A program made the position numbers and the translations under genes. The notes beneath the pieces are model-generated. The model was not told where the DNA came from. It saw nothing but the letters and a program-made list of their open reading frames with translations, and ran no database searches. From the NCBI GenBank assembly GCA_003598025.1, contig QZKH01000002.1, positions 270,501-334,500 on the forward strand: DNA of 64,000 bases, in the 5' to 3' direction. This document shows, piece after piece, positions 55,854-64,000 of the stretch (positions within the stretch are counted from its first letter, which is position 1; each line of letters opens with the position of its first letter). Source of the stretch: Candidatus Omnitrophota bacterium (lineage in GTDB: Bacteria > Omnitrophota > Gorgyraeia > Gygaellales > Profunditerraquicolaceae).

Positions 55854-57128
55854 ATGAAATACGACAAAAAAACACTTGATAACGGCTTGCGTATAATTAC
55901 CTGCTCAATGGAGGCGCGCAGGTCATTATCTTTGGGTATATGGATAAAGACCGGAGGCAGGTATGAAAACAACAGCAATAAAGGCATAAGCCATTACCTT
56001 GAACATCTGATATTCAAAGGAAGCAAGAAATATTCCTGCAGGGAAATAAAAGAGTCTATAGAGGGTATCGGAGGCAGCCTTAACGGGTTTACCTCTGAAG
56101 AGCTTACTTGTTATTTAGTGAAGGCTCCCGCTCAATATTGCGACCTCTGTCTTAATATACTTGCCGATATGTCCCTTAATCCTTTACTCGACAGCCAAGA
56201 TATAGAAAAGGAAAGGACGGTTATCCTCGAAGAGATAAAGATGTACAGGGATCTTCCGCAGAGCTATGTTTATGAGCTCTTGGATGCTTTGCTTTGGCCG
56301 GCTCAGCCTTTAGGTATGAGTATAGCCGGAAGCGAAGAGTCGGTTAAGCGCATAAAACAGGAAGACCTGGTTGAATACCAGCGCAGGTATTATGCAGCTT
56401 CAGGTATAATTGTCAGCGCCGCCGGGCAACTTGATCCGGATAAATTTGCCTCTAAAGTAGAGACAATATTTTCAGGCGTAGGACAAGGCCAGGATAATGA
56501 ATTCCTGCCAGTAAGCATCAAGCAGGCAAAACCACAGTTAAACCTTTTCCATAAAGATACAGAGCAGACCCATCTTGCATTAGCTTTTCATGCCTTAAAG
56601 AGAGACCATCCTATGAAATATGCTTTAGCGCTTATGCATATCATTATGGGCGGGAATATGTCCAGCAGGCTTTTTAACGAAATAAGGGAAAAGCGCGGCT
56701 TAGCTTATGAAATCGGGGCTGCGGTAAAAAAATTCCATGATTGCGGCTCGTTTATCATCCATGCCGGTATTGATAATACCAAAGTAGAAGAGGCGCTTAA
56801 GCTTATATTGGCAGAGGCAAAAAAGATCAGGGAAACACTTATCACGGAAGACGAGCTTAAAAGGGCAAAAGAATTTTATGCCGGGCAATTAATGCTATCG
56901 CTCGAGGATACTATGGACCATATGCTATGGATCGGAGAATCCATATCCACTATAGGCAGGCTATATTCTGTTGAAGAGATAATGAACGGTATAAATAACG
57001 TTTCCAGGGAAGATATAAGAGGCTTGGCTCAGGCGATTTTTAAGGAAGAAGGGTTAAACCTCGCCTTGATTGGGCCGGTAAAAAATATAGAAGAGAAGCT
57101 TTATAAAGAATTGTTTATAAAATCCTGA
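55854..57128 (+). CDS. M16 family (pitrilysin-like) zinc peptidase
   Basis: Inverted zinc motif HYLEH, NGFTS, SSRLFNEIREKRGLAY. Confidence 0.93.
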   Translation: MKYDKKTLDNGLRIITCSMEARRSLSLGIWIKTGGRYENNSNKGISHYLEHLIFKGSKKYSCREIKESIEGIGGSLNGFTSEELTCYLVKAPAQYCDLCLNILADMSLNPLLDSQDIEKERTVILEEIKMYRDLPQSYVYELLDALLWPAQPLGMSIAGSEESVKRIKQEDLVEYQRRYYAASGIIVSAAGQLDPDKFASKVETIFSGVGQGQDNEFLPVSIKQAKPQLNLFHKDTEQTHLALAFHALKRDHPMKYALALMHIIMGGNMSSRLFNEIREKRGLAYEIGAAVKKFHDCGSFIIHAGIDNTKVEEALKLILAEAKKIRETLITEDELKRAKEFYAGQLMLSLEDTMDHMLWIGESISTIGRLYSVEEIMNGINNVSREDIRGLAQAIFKEEGLNLALIGPVKNIEEKLYKELFIKS

Positions 57129-57129
57129 T

Positions 57130-58155
57130 ATGTATAAATTACTTTCGCTGCCCGTAATAATATTAATGTTGATTTTATTTGTTTTGTGCTCTTTCTTCTT
57201 TTCTGCATCTGAGACTGCGATAATCGGGCTCAGTAAAATACGCCTTAGCCATATGATAAGGAAAGGCATTAAAAGGGCAAAGAATATTCAAAATTTGGTT
57301 GCCAGATTAGACAATTTTATTGCCGCCATATTAATAGGCAATAATTTTGCTAATATCGCCATTTCTGCTATAGCTACCGGGATTTTCGTGCATATATTTG
57401 GGTATCATTGGGGCGTGATGATAGCTACCTTCACATCTACATTTTTCATCCTTATTATGTGCGATATAACTCCGAAATTGCTGGCTACCAAACATACTGA
57501 GAAGATAGCGCTTTTTTCTGCACCGATAATGGAAGTATTTATAAGGGCATTGCGTCCGGTAATACTTATATTTACCGGTATAAGCACGGTTATACTTAAG
57601 ATATTCAAAGTAGAGAAGTCCAAGAGGCTACCTTTAATAACCGAAGAAGAAATACGCACGATGATAGAGATAGGAAAAGAAGAGGGGGTGCTTACCGACG
57701 AAGAAAGAAAGATGCTGCACCGTATTTTTGAATTCGGGGACACGAAAGTCGAAACCGTGATGATGCCTAAGGAAAAGATAGTGGCGGTAAACATTAAGTC
57801 CAGTTCCGAAGAAGTCCTGAATATATTCGTAGAGCAGGGGCATTCAAGGCTGCCAGTTTATGAAGGCGCAATAGATAATGTAATCGGCATTATATATGCG
57901 CGTGACCTGCTGTATATCCTTAGAGATAAAGGGCTTTTTGTCATTCAAGACCTTGTGCATGAAGCCTATTATGTCCCGGCAGCTATGAGGGTAAGCGAGC
58001 TCTTAAGAAAATTCCAGCTGGACAAGATCCAGATAGCTATAGTCGTTGATAGCCACAAGAAAACACTGGGCATTGTCACACTTGAGGACCTGACAGAAGA
58101 GATTGTGGGGGAAATAGAGGAGGAGCGGTCCAGGCGCTTCCGAAAAAATAATTGA
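57130..58155 (+). CDS. CNNM/DUF21 plus CBS domain protein (CorB/HlyC-like)
   Basis: FFSASETA, LIGNN, GHSRLPV, GIVTLEDLTEEIVGEI; no C-terminal CorC domain apparent. Confidence 0.9.
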   Translation: MYKLLSLPVIILMLILFVLCSFFFSASETAIIGLSKIRLSHMIRKGIKRAKNIQNLVARLDNFIAAILIGNNFANIAISAIATGIFVHIFGYHWGVMIATFTSTFFILIMCDITPKLLATKHTEKIALFSAPIMEVFIRALRPVILIFTGISTVILKIFKVEKSKRLPLITEEEIRTMIEIGKEEGVLTDEERKMLHRIFEFGDTKVETVMMPKEKIVAVNIKSSSEEVLNIFVEQGHSRLPVYEGAIDNVIGIIYARDLLYILRDKGLFVIQDLVHEAYYVPAAMRVSELLRKFQLDKIQIAIVVDSHKKTLGIVTLEDLTEEIVGEIEEERSRRFRKNN

Positions 58156-58179
58156 CCGCAACATTTTAAGGTGTATAAT
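58152..58179 (+). promoter_or_regulatory. Sigma70-type promoter for the small zinc-ribbon gene
   Basis: TTGACC-N16-TATAAT. Confidence 0.65.
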
Positions 58180-58239
58180 GAGTGAAGATTTTAACCGGAG
58201 TCATCAAGTTAAGTAAACAACGCAGAAGGAGGAAGTAAA

Positions 58240-58389
58240 ATGGGCGAAAAAGGATATTGCGTAAAATGCAAGAGCATGAAAGAAATGAAGGATGAACAGA
58301 AAGTAACCATGAAGAACGGCAGGGCTGCGGTCAAAGGTAAATGCCCGGATTGCAATACCGGCATGTATAAGATCCTGGGGAAGAAATAA
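58240..58389 (+). CDS. 49-aa zinc-ribbon protein (DUF5679-like), absent from the ORF track
   Basis: Translated by hand: MGEKGYCVKCKSMKEMKDEQKVTMKNGRAAVKGKCPDCNTGMYKILGKK; strong RBS AAGGAGG; own promoter. Confidence 0.88.
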   Translation: MGEKGYCVKCKSMKEMKDEQKVTMKNGRAAVKGKCPDCNTGMYKILGKK

Positions 58390-58413
58390 CTCCTCTTAAG
58401 GGGGAATTCAGAA

Positions 58414-58779
58414 ATAGAACCAAAGAATTTAGCTTTACGTATAGGCAAACTCATAAGGACCAAGAAAGCCCAGGATGTTGCGGTTCTGGATATGAACGGG
58501 GTTTCTGGTTTATGTGACTATTTCGTTATAGCAAGCGGGGAATCATTGAAGCAGATCAACTCTTTCGCTAAATCCATTGAAGAGGATTTAGCGAAAGAGG
58601 GTATAAAGAGCACTGTTAAGGTTTCTCCGAATGACGAATCGGGGTGGGTAGCCCTTGATTACCGTAGCGTGATAGTACATTTATTTCTTAAGCCTAAAAG
58701 GGAATTTTACGCCCTGGAGAATCTCTGGTCAGATACTAAAAGGGTCAGGCTCCCAAGAGGGCCATCAAAGAAAAAATAA
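58414..58779 (+). CDS. rsfS: Ribosome silencing factor (probable ATA start)
   Basis: KKAQDVAVLDM..DYFVIASG..WVALDY..IVHLF..REFYALENLW; conserved N-terminus lies upstream of ATG 58492. Confidence 0.88.
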   Translation: MEPKNLALRIGKLIRTKKAQDVAVLDMNGVSGLCDYFVIASGESLKQINSFAKSIEEDLAKEGIKSTVKVSPNDESGWVALDYRSVIVHLFLKPKREFYALENLWSDTKRVRLPRGPSKKK

Positions 58780-58830
58780 CCCTGAAAGCTTTTTCTCGCC
58801 TTATTACAAGCACCAACCAAAAGTTTCAAA

Positions 58831-60465
58831 ATGAGAGAACATATCCAAAATAAAATAATTGAGGTTATAAGAGTTTCTTTAAATAAGCTGGGGCTTAAAG
58901 AGGAACAATACGGGAATCTGTATTTAGACCTTCCTGCTGATAGAAGGTTCGGAGACCTTGCCAGCAATACCGCTTTGAAGATGTCCAAGGTGTTAAAGAA
59001 GCCTCCTATGTTGATTGCCCAGGATTTGGCCTCTATGATTAAGGAGGAAATTGCTTCTTCTGATTTAAAAGAATATATAAAAGATGTAAAGGCAGAAGGA
59101 GCAGGATTTCTGAATTTTTATTTCAGTGACCGTTATTTTTATGAAGGGGTAAGCCAGATAGCAGAGAAGGCAGAGGCGGCCCTTAAGACAAATATCGGGG
59201 GCAACAAGAAGGTATTGATTGAATTTGTAAGCGCCAATCCTACCGGGCCTTTATCAGTGGCGCATGCCAGGCAGGCTGCTGTCGGAGATGTCCTGGCCAA
59301 TATCCTCAATTTTACAGGCTATAAAGCAAAGAAGGAATATTATCTTAATGATGAAGGCAACCAGATAGAGATCCTGGGTAAGTCGGTAGGCCTGCGCATC
59401 AGAGAGCTTAACGGAGAACAGGTCGAGTTTCCCGAGAATCATTACCAGGGGCAATACATATATGATATAGCAGCCCAGGCAATAAAGGATCATTGTAAGC
59501 AGGATAATCTAAGCGAATATGCTGCGGACTATATTTTAAAATGCATAAAGAAGGAGCTGGAAGATTTCGGGGTCAGCTTTGATACATGGTATAGCCAGAA
59601 GGCGCTGAGGAAAAGCGGGAAAATCAATGCAACTCTTGAGAAACTGAAGGAAAACGGGTTTATATATGAGCATGAAGGCGCAGTTTGGTTAAAATCAACA
59701 TCCTTCGGTGATGATAAGGACAGGGTGGTTATAAAAAGCGATACAAGCTTCACTTACCTTGCCCCTGATATCGCGTATCATCAGGATAAATATGCAAGGG
59801 GCTTTGATTGGTTGATAGATATGTGGGGCCCGGATCATCATGGTTATATAAAAAGGCTTAAGGCATCTATTCAGGCTTTTGGTAAAGACCCTGAAAGCCT
59901 TACGATAATCATCGTACAGCTGGCCAGTATTTTTAAGGACGGTAAGTCCGTTGAGATGTCTACAAGGCGCGGCCAATATATAACCCTGCGCGAAGTACTT
60001 GATGAGGTCGGCAGGGATGCTTCTAGATTTTTCTTCCTTATGCGTAAGACTTCCAGCCATCTGGATTTTGATTTAACTATAGCAAAAAAACAGACTTCTG
60101 AAAACCCGGTATATTATGTGCAATATGCTTATGCAAGGATATCCAGTATCCTCAAAAACACAGGCATCAAAATAAAGAACCCGGGTTTAGATCTTTTAAA
60201 GGAGCCGGAAGAATCCGCCCTTATGAAAGAGATCTCTCTTTTTGCCTATATACTGAATATTTGCGTGAGCACGCAGGACCCGTACATGTTAACAGTTTAC
60301 CTGCAAGAGCTGGCAGAGAGTTTTCATAAGTTTTACGACAAGCACAGGGTATTGGGCCAGGATGAATCATTGACTAAAGCCCGGGTTTGTTTACTACTTG
60401 CTACCAAAACCGTTATCGCAACAGGCCTTAAGCTGCTTGGCGTATCCCTGCCGGATAAGATGTAA
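58831..60465 (+). CDS. argS: Arginine--tRNA ligase
   Basis: EFVSANPTGPL, YYLNDEGNQ, GPDHHGY, MSTRRG, NPVYYVQYAYARI. Confidence 0.96.
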   Translation: MREHIQNKIIEVIRVSLNKLGLKEEQYGNLYLDLPADRRFGDLASNTALKMSKVLKKPPMLIAQDLASMIKEEIASSDLKEYIKDVKAEGAGFLNFYFSDRYFYEGVSQIAEKAEAALKTNIGGNKKVLIEFVSANPTGPLSVAHARQAAVGDVLANILNFTGYKAKKEYYLNDEGNQIEILGKSVGLRIRELNGEQVEFPENHYQGQYIYDIAAQAIKDHCKQDNLSEYAADYILKCIKKELEDFGVSFDTWYSQKALRKSGKINATLEKLKENGFIYEHEGAVWLKSTSFGDDKDRVVIKSDTSFTYLAPDIAYHQDKYARGFDWLIDMWGPDHHGYIKRLKASIQAFGKDPESLTIIIVQLASIFKDGKSVEMSTRRGQYITLREVLDEVGRDASRFFFLMRKTSSHLDFDLTIAKKQTSENPVYYVQYAYARISSILKNTGIKIKNPGLDLLKEPEESALMKEISLFAYILNICVSTQDPYMLTVYLQELAESFHKFYDKHRVLGQDESLTKARVCLLLATKTVIATGLKLLGVSLPDKM

Positions 60466-60482
60466 CACTACAGCAGTCCTAT

Positions 60483-62174
60483 ATGCACCAACATAAAATA
60501 CTTAATATCGCCAGCCCAAACCCAGAAACCCAGGATTTGTTCAGGCAAGTCTTGGGTTTTTCAAATGTCTTTGCCCAAGTCCTCATAAACCGCGGTTTGA
60601 CAGAGCCTAAAGAGGCAGTTAGGTTTATCGCCGCTAAATTAGAAGACCTCTCAAGCCCTTTTTGTTTTAGCCAGATGAAGGCAGCTGTAGAAAGGATAAA
60701 ATCCGCGATCAGGCAGAAGGATAAGATACTGGTTTACGGAGATTACGATGTTGATGGGATAACTTCTATAGCCCTGGTTAAATCTGTGCTTCTTGGCCTG
60801 GGGGCTTCGGTAATACACTATATCCCGGACCGTATCCGTGAAGGATACGGGTTGAACAGGAATATTTTAAATATCTGCATGGATAATAATGTGTCCCTGC
60901 TACTTACCGTTGATTGCGGGACCAATAGCCGTGAGGAGATAAGCAGTTTGATTAACGCAGGGATCGATGTAATAATTACAGACCATCATGAATTATCGGA
61001 AGAGTCTTTACCCCGGGCAACAGCGATAATAAATCCTAAAATCAAAGAGAGCGGTTATGCATTCAGGGATTTAGCCGGTGTCGGTGTCGCCTATAAGTTG
61101 TGCCAGGCTTTGACAGGCAGGGATTTGGTTAGCGAATTGGATCTTGTTACGCTGGGCACTATCGCCGATGTTGTTCCTTTGGTCGGAGAAAACAGGATCA
61201 TAGTTAAAGAGGGATTATTAAGGTTGCCTGCTACCGCTAAACTGGGCATCAGCGCGCTTATTGAGGCAGCCGGAATAAAAAACAGGTCTATTACTACTAC
61301 CCATGTAGGGTATATCCTGGGCCCGCGCATAAATGCAAGTGGCCGTATTGCACATGCTGATTCTGCCCTGAAATTATTGTTAAGCCAGGACCCCCAAGAG
61401 GCAATGGAGCTAGCGGATGAACTTAATAACAAGAACCGCCAGCGCCAGGGTATTGAAAATAAAATATTAGATGAGGCACAGGGTATAATTGACCGTGAAG
61501 TTAATTTTAAGGAACACAAAGTAATAGTTATAGCAAAAGAGGATTGGCATGAGGGTGTTTTGGGTATAGTTGCTTCGAAATTAGCTGACAGGTTTTACCG
61601 GCCAACAGTGCTGATTTCAATAAGCGAAGACCACTGTAAGGGCTCGGCACGTTCCATCAAGAACTTCCATCTATTTAATGCGCTTATTGATTGTAAAAGC
61701 GTTCTTGAGTCTTTTGGCGGGCACAGTCATGCCGCAGGCTTATTGATTGCAAAAGATAATATAGATTCCTTCAGGAAATATATAAATGATATAGCTTCAC
61801 AAAGGCTTGATGCCGCTGATTTAATACCGTGTATTGATATTGATGCAGAATTGGGTTTAGCAGATATCAATAATAAGGTTATCGGTGAAATCGAATCATT
61901 AGAGCCTTTTGGTGCGGGTAACCCGGAACCATTATTCTTGACACGCGGGCTTAAGTTGAAATCCCAGCCATGCGTGCTTTCCAGGGATACGCTTAAATTT
62001 TGGGTGACTGACGGAAAGGTGACTTATCAGGCAATCGGATTTGGATTAGGCAGCCTTAAGGGCAGTTTGATGAGCGCGTCCAGTTTTGATTTGGTGTATA
62101 CCCCGGCATTTGATAACTGGAGAGGACAGAGTAGTACTATACTGGAAGCCAGGGATATATTTTTTAATCAGTGA
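60483..62174 (+). CDS. recJ: Single-stranded-DNA-specific exonuclease
   Basis: YGDYDVDG, TVDCG, TDHH, GTIADVVPL, PRINASGR, GSARS, GGHSHAAG, LEPFG.GNPEP. Confidence 0.96.
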   Translation: MHQHKILNIASPNPETQDLFRQVLGFSNVFAQVLINRGLTEPKEAVRFIAAKLEDLSSPFCFSQMKAAVERIKSAIRQKDKILVYGDYDVDGITSIALVKSVLLGLGASVIHYIPDRIREGYGLNRNILNICMDNNVSLLLTVDCGTNSREEISSLINAGIDVIITDHHELSEESLPRATAIINPKIKESGYAFRDLAGVGVAYKLCQALTGRDLVSELDLVTLGTIADVVPLVGENRIIVKEGLLRLPATAKLGISALIEAAGIKNRSITTTHVGYILGPRINASGRIAHADSALKLLLSQDPQEAMELADELNNKNRQRQGIENKILDEAQGIIDREVNFKEHKVIVIAKEDWHEGVLGIVASKLADRFYRPTVLISISEDHCKGSARSIKNFHLFNALIDCKSVLESFGGHSHAAGLLIAKDNIDSFRKYINDIASQRLDAADLIPCIDIDAELGLADINNKVIGEIESLEPFGAGNPEPLFLTRGLKLKSQPCVLSRDTLKFWVTDGKVTYQAIGFGLGSLKGSLMSASSFDLVYTPAFDNWRGQSSTILEARDIFFNQ

Positions 62175-62181
62175 TTTGAGA

Positions 62182-62412
62182 TTATTTTGCCTTGGCGAAT
62201 GCGCCTTTTTTAATGCATTTCGCGCAGATATATACTTTTTGAGGATGGCCGTTTACCAATATGCGCATCTTATGAAGGTTTGCGAAAAACTTACGTTTGG
62301 TCGAACGGACTATTTTACTTCCGGTACCGCCTTGTTTCTTGGCCATACCTTTGCGTACTACACTGCGGCCCTTTAATTCACCTTTTTTGCATATAAAACA
62401 TTTCTTTAGCAT
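62182..62412 (-). CDS. rpmB: 50S ribosomal protein L28 (zinc-binding form)
   Basis: CFIC, TKRKFFANL, ICAKCIK; AAGGAG RBS on the minus strand. Confidence 0.9.
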   Translation of the reverse strand: MLKKCFICKKGELKGRSVVRKGMAKKQGGTGSKIVRSTKRKFFANLHKMRILVNGHPQKVYICAKCIKKGAFAKAK

Positions 62413-62437
62413 AATTAGCTCCTTTTACGAATAATTT

Positions 62438-62465
62438 AGTATACTTGAAAATATTATAATGTCAA
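62438..62465 (-). promoter_or_regulatory. Sigma70-type promoter for rpmB
   Basis: Minus strand TTGACA-N16-TATACT. Confidence 0.65.
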
Positions 62466-62473
62466 GATAGAAT
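62445..62473 (+). promoter_or_regulatory. Sigma70-type promoter for the helicase gene, overlapping the rpmB promoter
   Basis: TTGAAA-N17-TAGAAT. Confidence 0.6.
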
Positions 62474-62482
62474 AGAGAATTA

Positions 62483-62502
62483 CCTGCCTGCCGGCAGGCA
62501 GG
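62483..62502. repeat. Perfect 20-bp GC-rich palindrome (REP-like)
   Basis: CCTGCCTGCC-GGCAGGCAGG. Confidence 0.9.
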
Positions 62503-62581
62503 GTCCACAGCTCACAGTGGACGGTTCACGGAAATAGTAATTAAGTCTTATTCTGTGCACTGTGCTCAGTGAACAGTGAAC
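62503..62581. repeat. Inverted array of degenerate 7-mers (GTTCACA-type x4, spacer, TGTGAAC-type x4)
   Basis: gtccaca gctcaca gtggacg gttcacg (62503-62530); tgtgcac tgtgctc agtgaac agtgaac (62554-62581). Confidence 0.82.
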
Positions 62582-62596
62582 GCATATATCTATAAT

Positions 62597-64000
62597 ATGA
62601 ACGATATCCTTGAAGGTTTAAATAAAGAGCAGAAAGAAGCAGTAACCTCTAAAGAAGGCCCGCTGTTAATAATCGCAGGCGCAGGCACTGGAAAGACTAC
62701 TGTTATAACGCGCAGGATCGCCTGGCTGATATCTCAGGGCTTAGCAAGCACTGATCAGGTTTTAGCCCTTACCTTTACAGATAAAGCAGCAGCCCAGATG
62801 CAAGAGAGGGTTGATATGCTTGTTCCTTACGGATACACAGATATATGGATATCCACTTTTCATGCTTTTGGAGACAGGATATTGAGGGAAAATCCCATAC
62901 AGTCGGGATTGAGCCCTGATTTTAAAGTGTTAAATCAGGCAGAGGCGTCGGTTTTCTTAAGAGAACACCTCTTTGAATTCGACCTTTCTTACTATCGTCC
63001 GCTTGCAGAGCCTACACGTTTCATACAGGCGCTTATTTCTTTTTTTAGCAGGGCAAAAGACGAAGATATATCAGCCAGCGAGTTATTAAAATATGCCGGG
63101 TCTCTTTCTGAGAAAGCCGCCGGCAGTAACGATGAGATCTTAAAAGAAGAAGCTGCCCACCAGGTTGAAGTTGCGCATGCTTATATGAAATACCAGGAAC
63201 TCCTGCTTAAAGAGGGGGTAGTTGATTTTGCCAGTCAGTTTTATATGGCTTTGGAGCTTTTAAGGGCTCATCCCATGGTGCTTAATGGTTACCAGAATAA
63301 ATTCAAATATATACTGGTTGATGAATTCCAGGATACAAATTTCTCGCAGTTTCAGATGATTAAGCTGCTGGCTGGGAAGAGCAGGAATGTCGCAGTAGTC
63401 GCAGATGATGATCAATGCATATATAGATGGAGGGGTGCAGCTTATAGCAATGTGCTGAATTTTATGAACGAATACCCTGATGCAGAGAAGATAACGCTTA
63501 TACAGAATTACCGCTCCACCAAGCCGATATTAGACACCGCATACCGCCTGATACAAAATAATAACCCCGATCGTTTTGAAATCAAGGCGAATATCAACAA
63601 GAGGCTTATCAGTCTTAAGGGCGAAGGAGAAGCTGTGCGTTATTTGCATTTCGATACTAATTCTGACGAAGCTGATAAAGTGGCCGCTGTAATAAAGGAA
63701 GAGTGTTCAAAAGGCGGATTCAAATACCGCGATTTTGCCATACTTGTGCGTTCTAATTCCGATTCACAGGCTTTTTTGCAGGCATTGAATATGCAGGATA
63801 TACCGTGGCAGTTCAGCGGCAGCCATGGGCTTTATTCGCGCCCGGAAGTGATGATGTGCATAAGTTTTTTACGTGCATCAGCTGATATATATGATTCGCT
63901 GAACCTGTATTATTTATTAACATCGGAAGTTTATAAAGTTGATATGAAGGATCTAAGTTATTTCTCGCATTATGCCAGGCGCAGGAATAAACCCTTGTAT
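62597..64000 (+). CDS. UvrD/PcrA-family ATP-dependent DNA helicase, 3'-truncated by the window end
   Basis: Translated by hand: MNDILEGLNKEQKEAV..IIAGAGTGKTT..LTFTDKAA..STFHAFG..LVDEFQDTN..DDDQCIYRWRGA..QNYRST. Confidence 0.93.
   Translation, partial: MNDILEGLNKEQKEAVTSKEGPLLIIAGAGTGKTTVITRRIAWLISQGLASTDQVLALTFTDKAAAQMQERVDMLVPYGYTDIWISTFHAFGDRILRENPIQSGLSPDFKVLNQAEASVFLREHLFEFDLSYYRPLAEPTRFIQALISFFSRAKDEDISASELLKYAGSLSEKAAGSNDEILKEEAAHQVEVAHAYMKYQELLLKEGVVDFASQFYMALELLRAHPMVLNGYQNKFKYILVDEFQDTNFSQFQMIKLLAGKSRNVAVVADDDQCIYRWRGAAYSNVLNFMNEYPDAEKITLIQNYRSTKPILDTAYRLIQNNNPDRFEIKANINKRLISLKGEGEAVRYLHFDTNSDEADKVAAVIKEECSKGGFKYRDFAILVRSNSDSQAFLQALNMQDIPWQFSGSHGLYSRPEVMMCISFLRASADIYDSLNLYYLLTSEVYKVDMKDLSYFSHYARRRNKPLY

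Noticed and set aside
58209-58463. 84-aa minus-strand ORF
   Set aside because: Antisense to the better-supported zinc-ribbon gene and the rsfS 5' end
58803-58830. attacaa gcaccaa..gtttcaa run before argS, and a similar aatcaaa atccaaa at 51091-51104
   Set aside because: Too short and degenerate to distinguish from AT-rich background
62086-62376. 96-aa plus-strand ORF
   Set aside because: Overlaps the recJ end and is antisense to rpmB

Overview
A gene-dense, almost entirely plus-strand housekeeping region of a diderm anaerobic bacterium; rpmB is the only minus-strand gene I accept. Gene content and style suggest Candidatus Omnitrophota (inference only). It encodes KDO/LPS export (kdsD, kdsC, an LptC-LptA fusion, lptB), tig-clpP, serA, a Re-citrate-synthase-like enzyme, purA, glycogen genes, uppS-cdsA-dxr-rseP-ispG-proS-rimP-nusA-infB, trpS-scpA-ruvB, queuosine genes, trmD-rplS-rnhB, a Wood-Ljungdahl block (cyclohydrolase, folD, metF, oxidoreductase, acsB), polA-glgA-coaE-rho-rpmE-prfA-prmC-murA, trpGDCFBA, argS, recJ and a truncated UvrD/PcrA helicase. 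I saw no tRNA, rRNA, CRISPR array, transposase or integrase. The most unexplained signal is non-coding. Several intergenic gaps hold a degenerate short tandem array (7-, 8- or 10-nt units, different from site to site), a short spacer, and the reverse-complement array, usually running from the upstream stop codon to near the next ribosome-binding site. Two of these gaps also contain small REP-like palindromes, one nested inside another. Other oddities are a trigger factor lacking its PPIase domain, a probable ATA start for rsfS, an uncalled 49-aa zinc-ribbon gene and a Cys-rich degenerate nucleotidase/thioredoxin fusion. All calls come from reading motifs by eye; no database searches were run.
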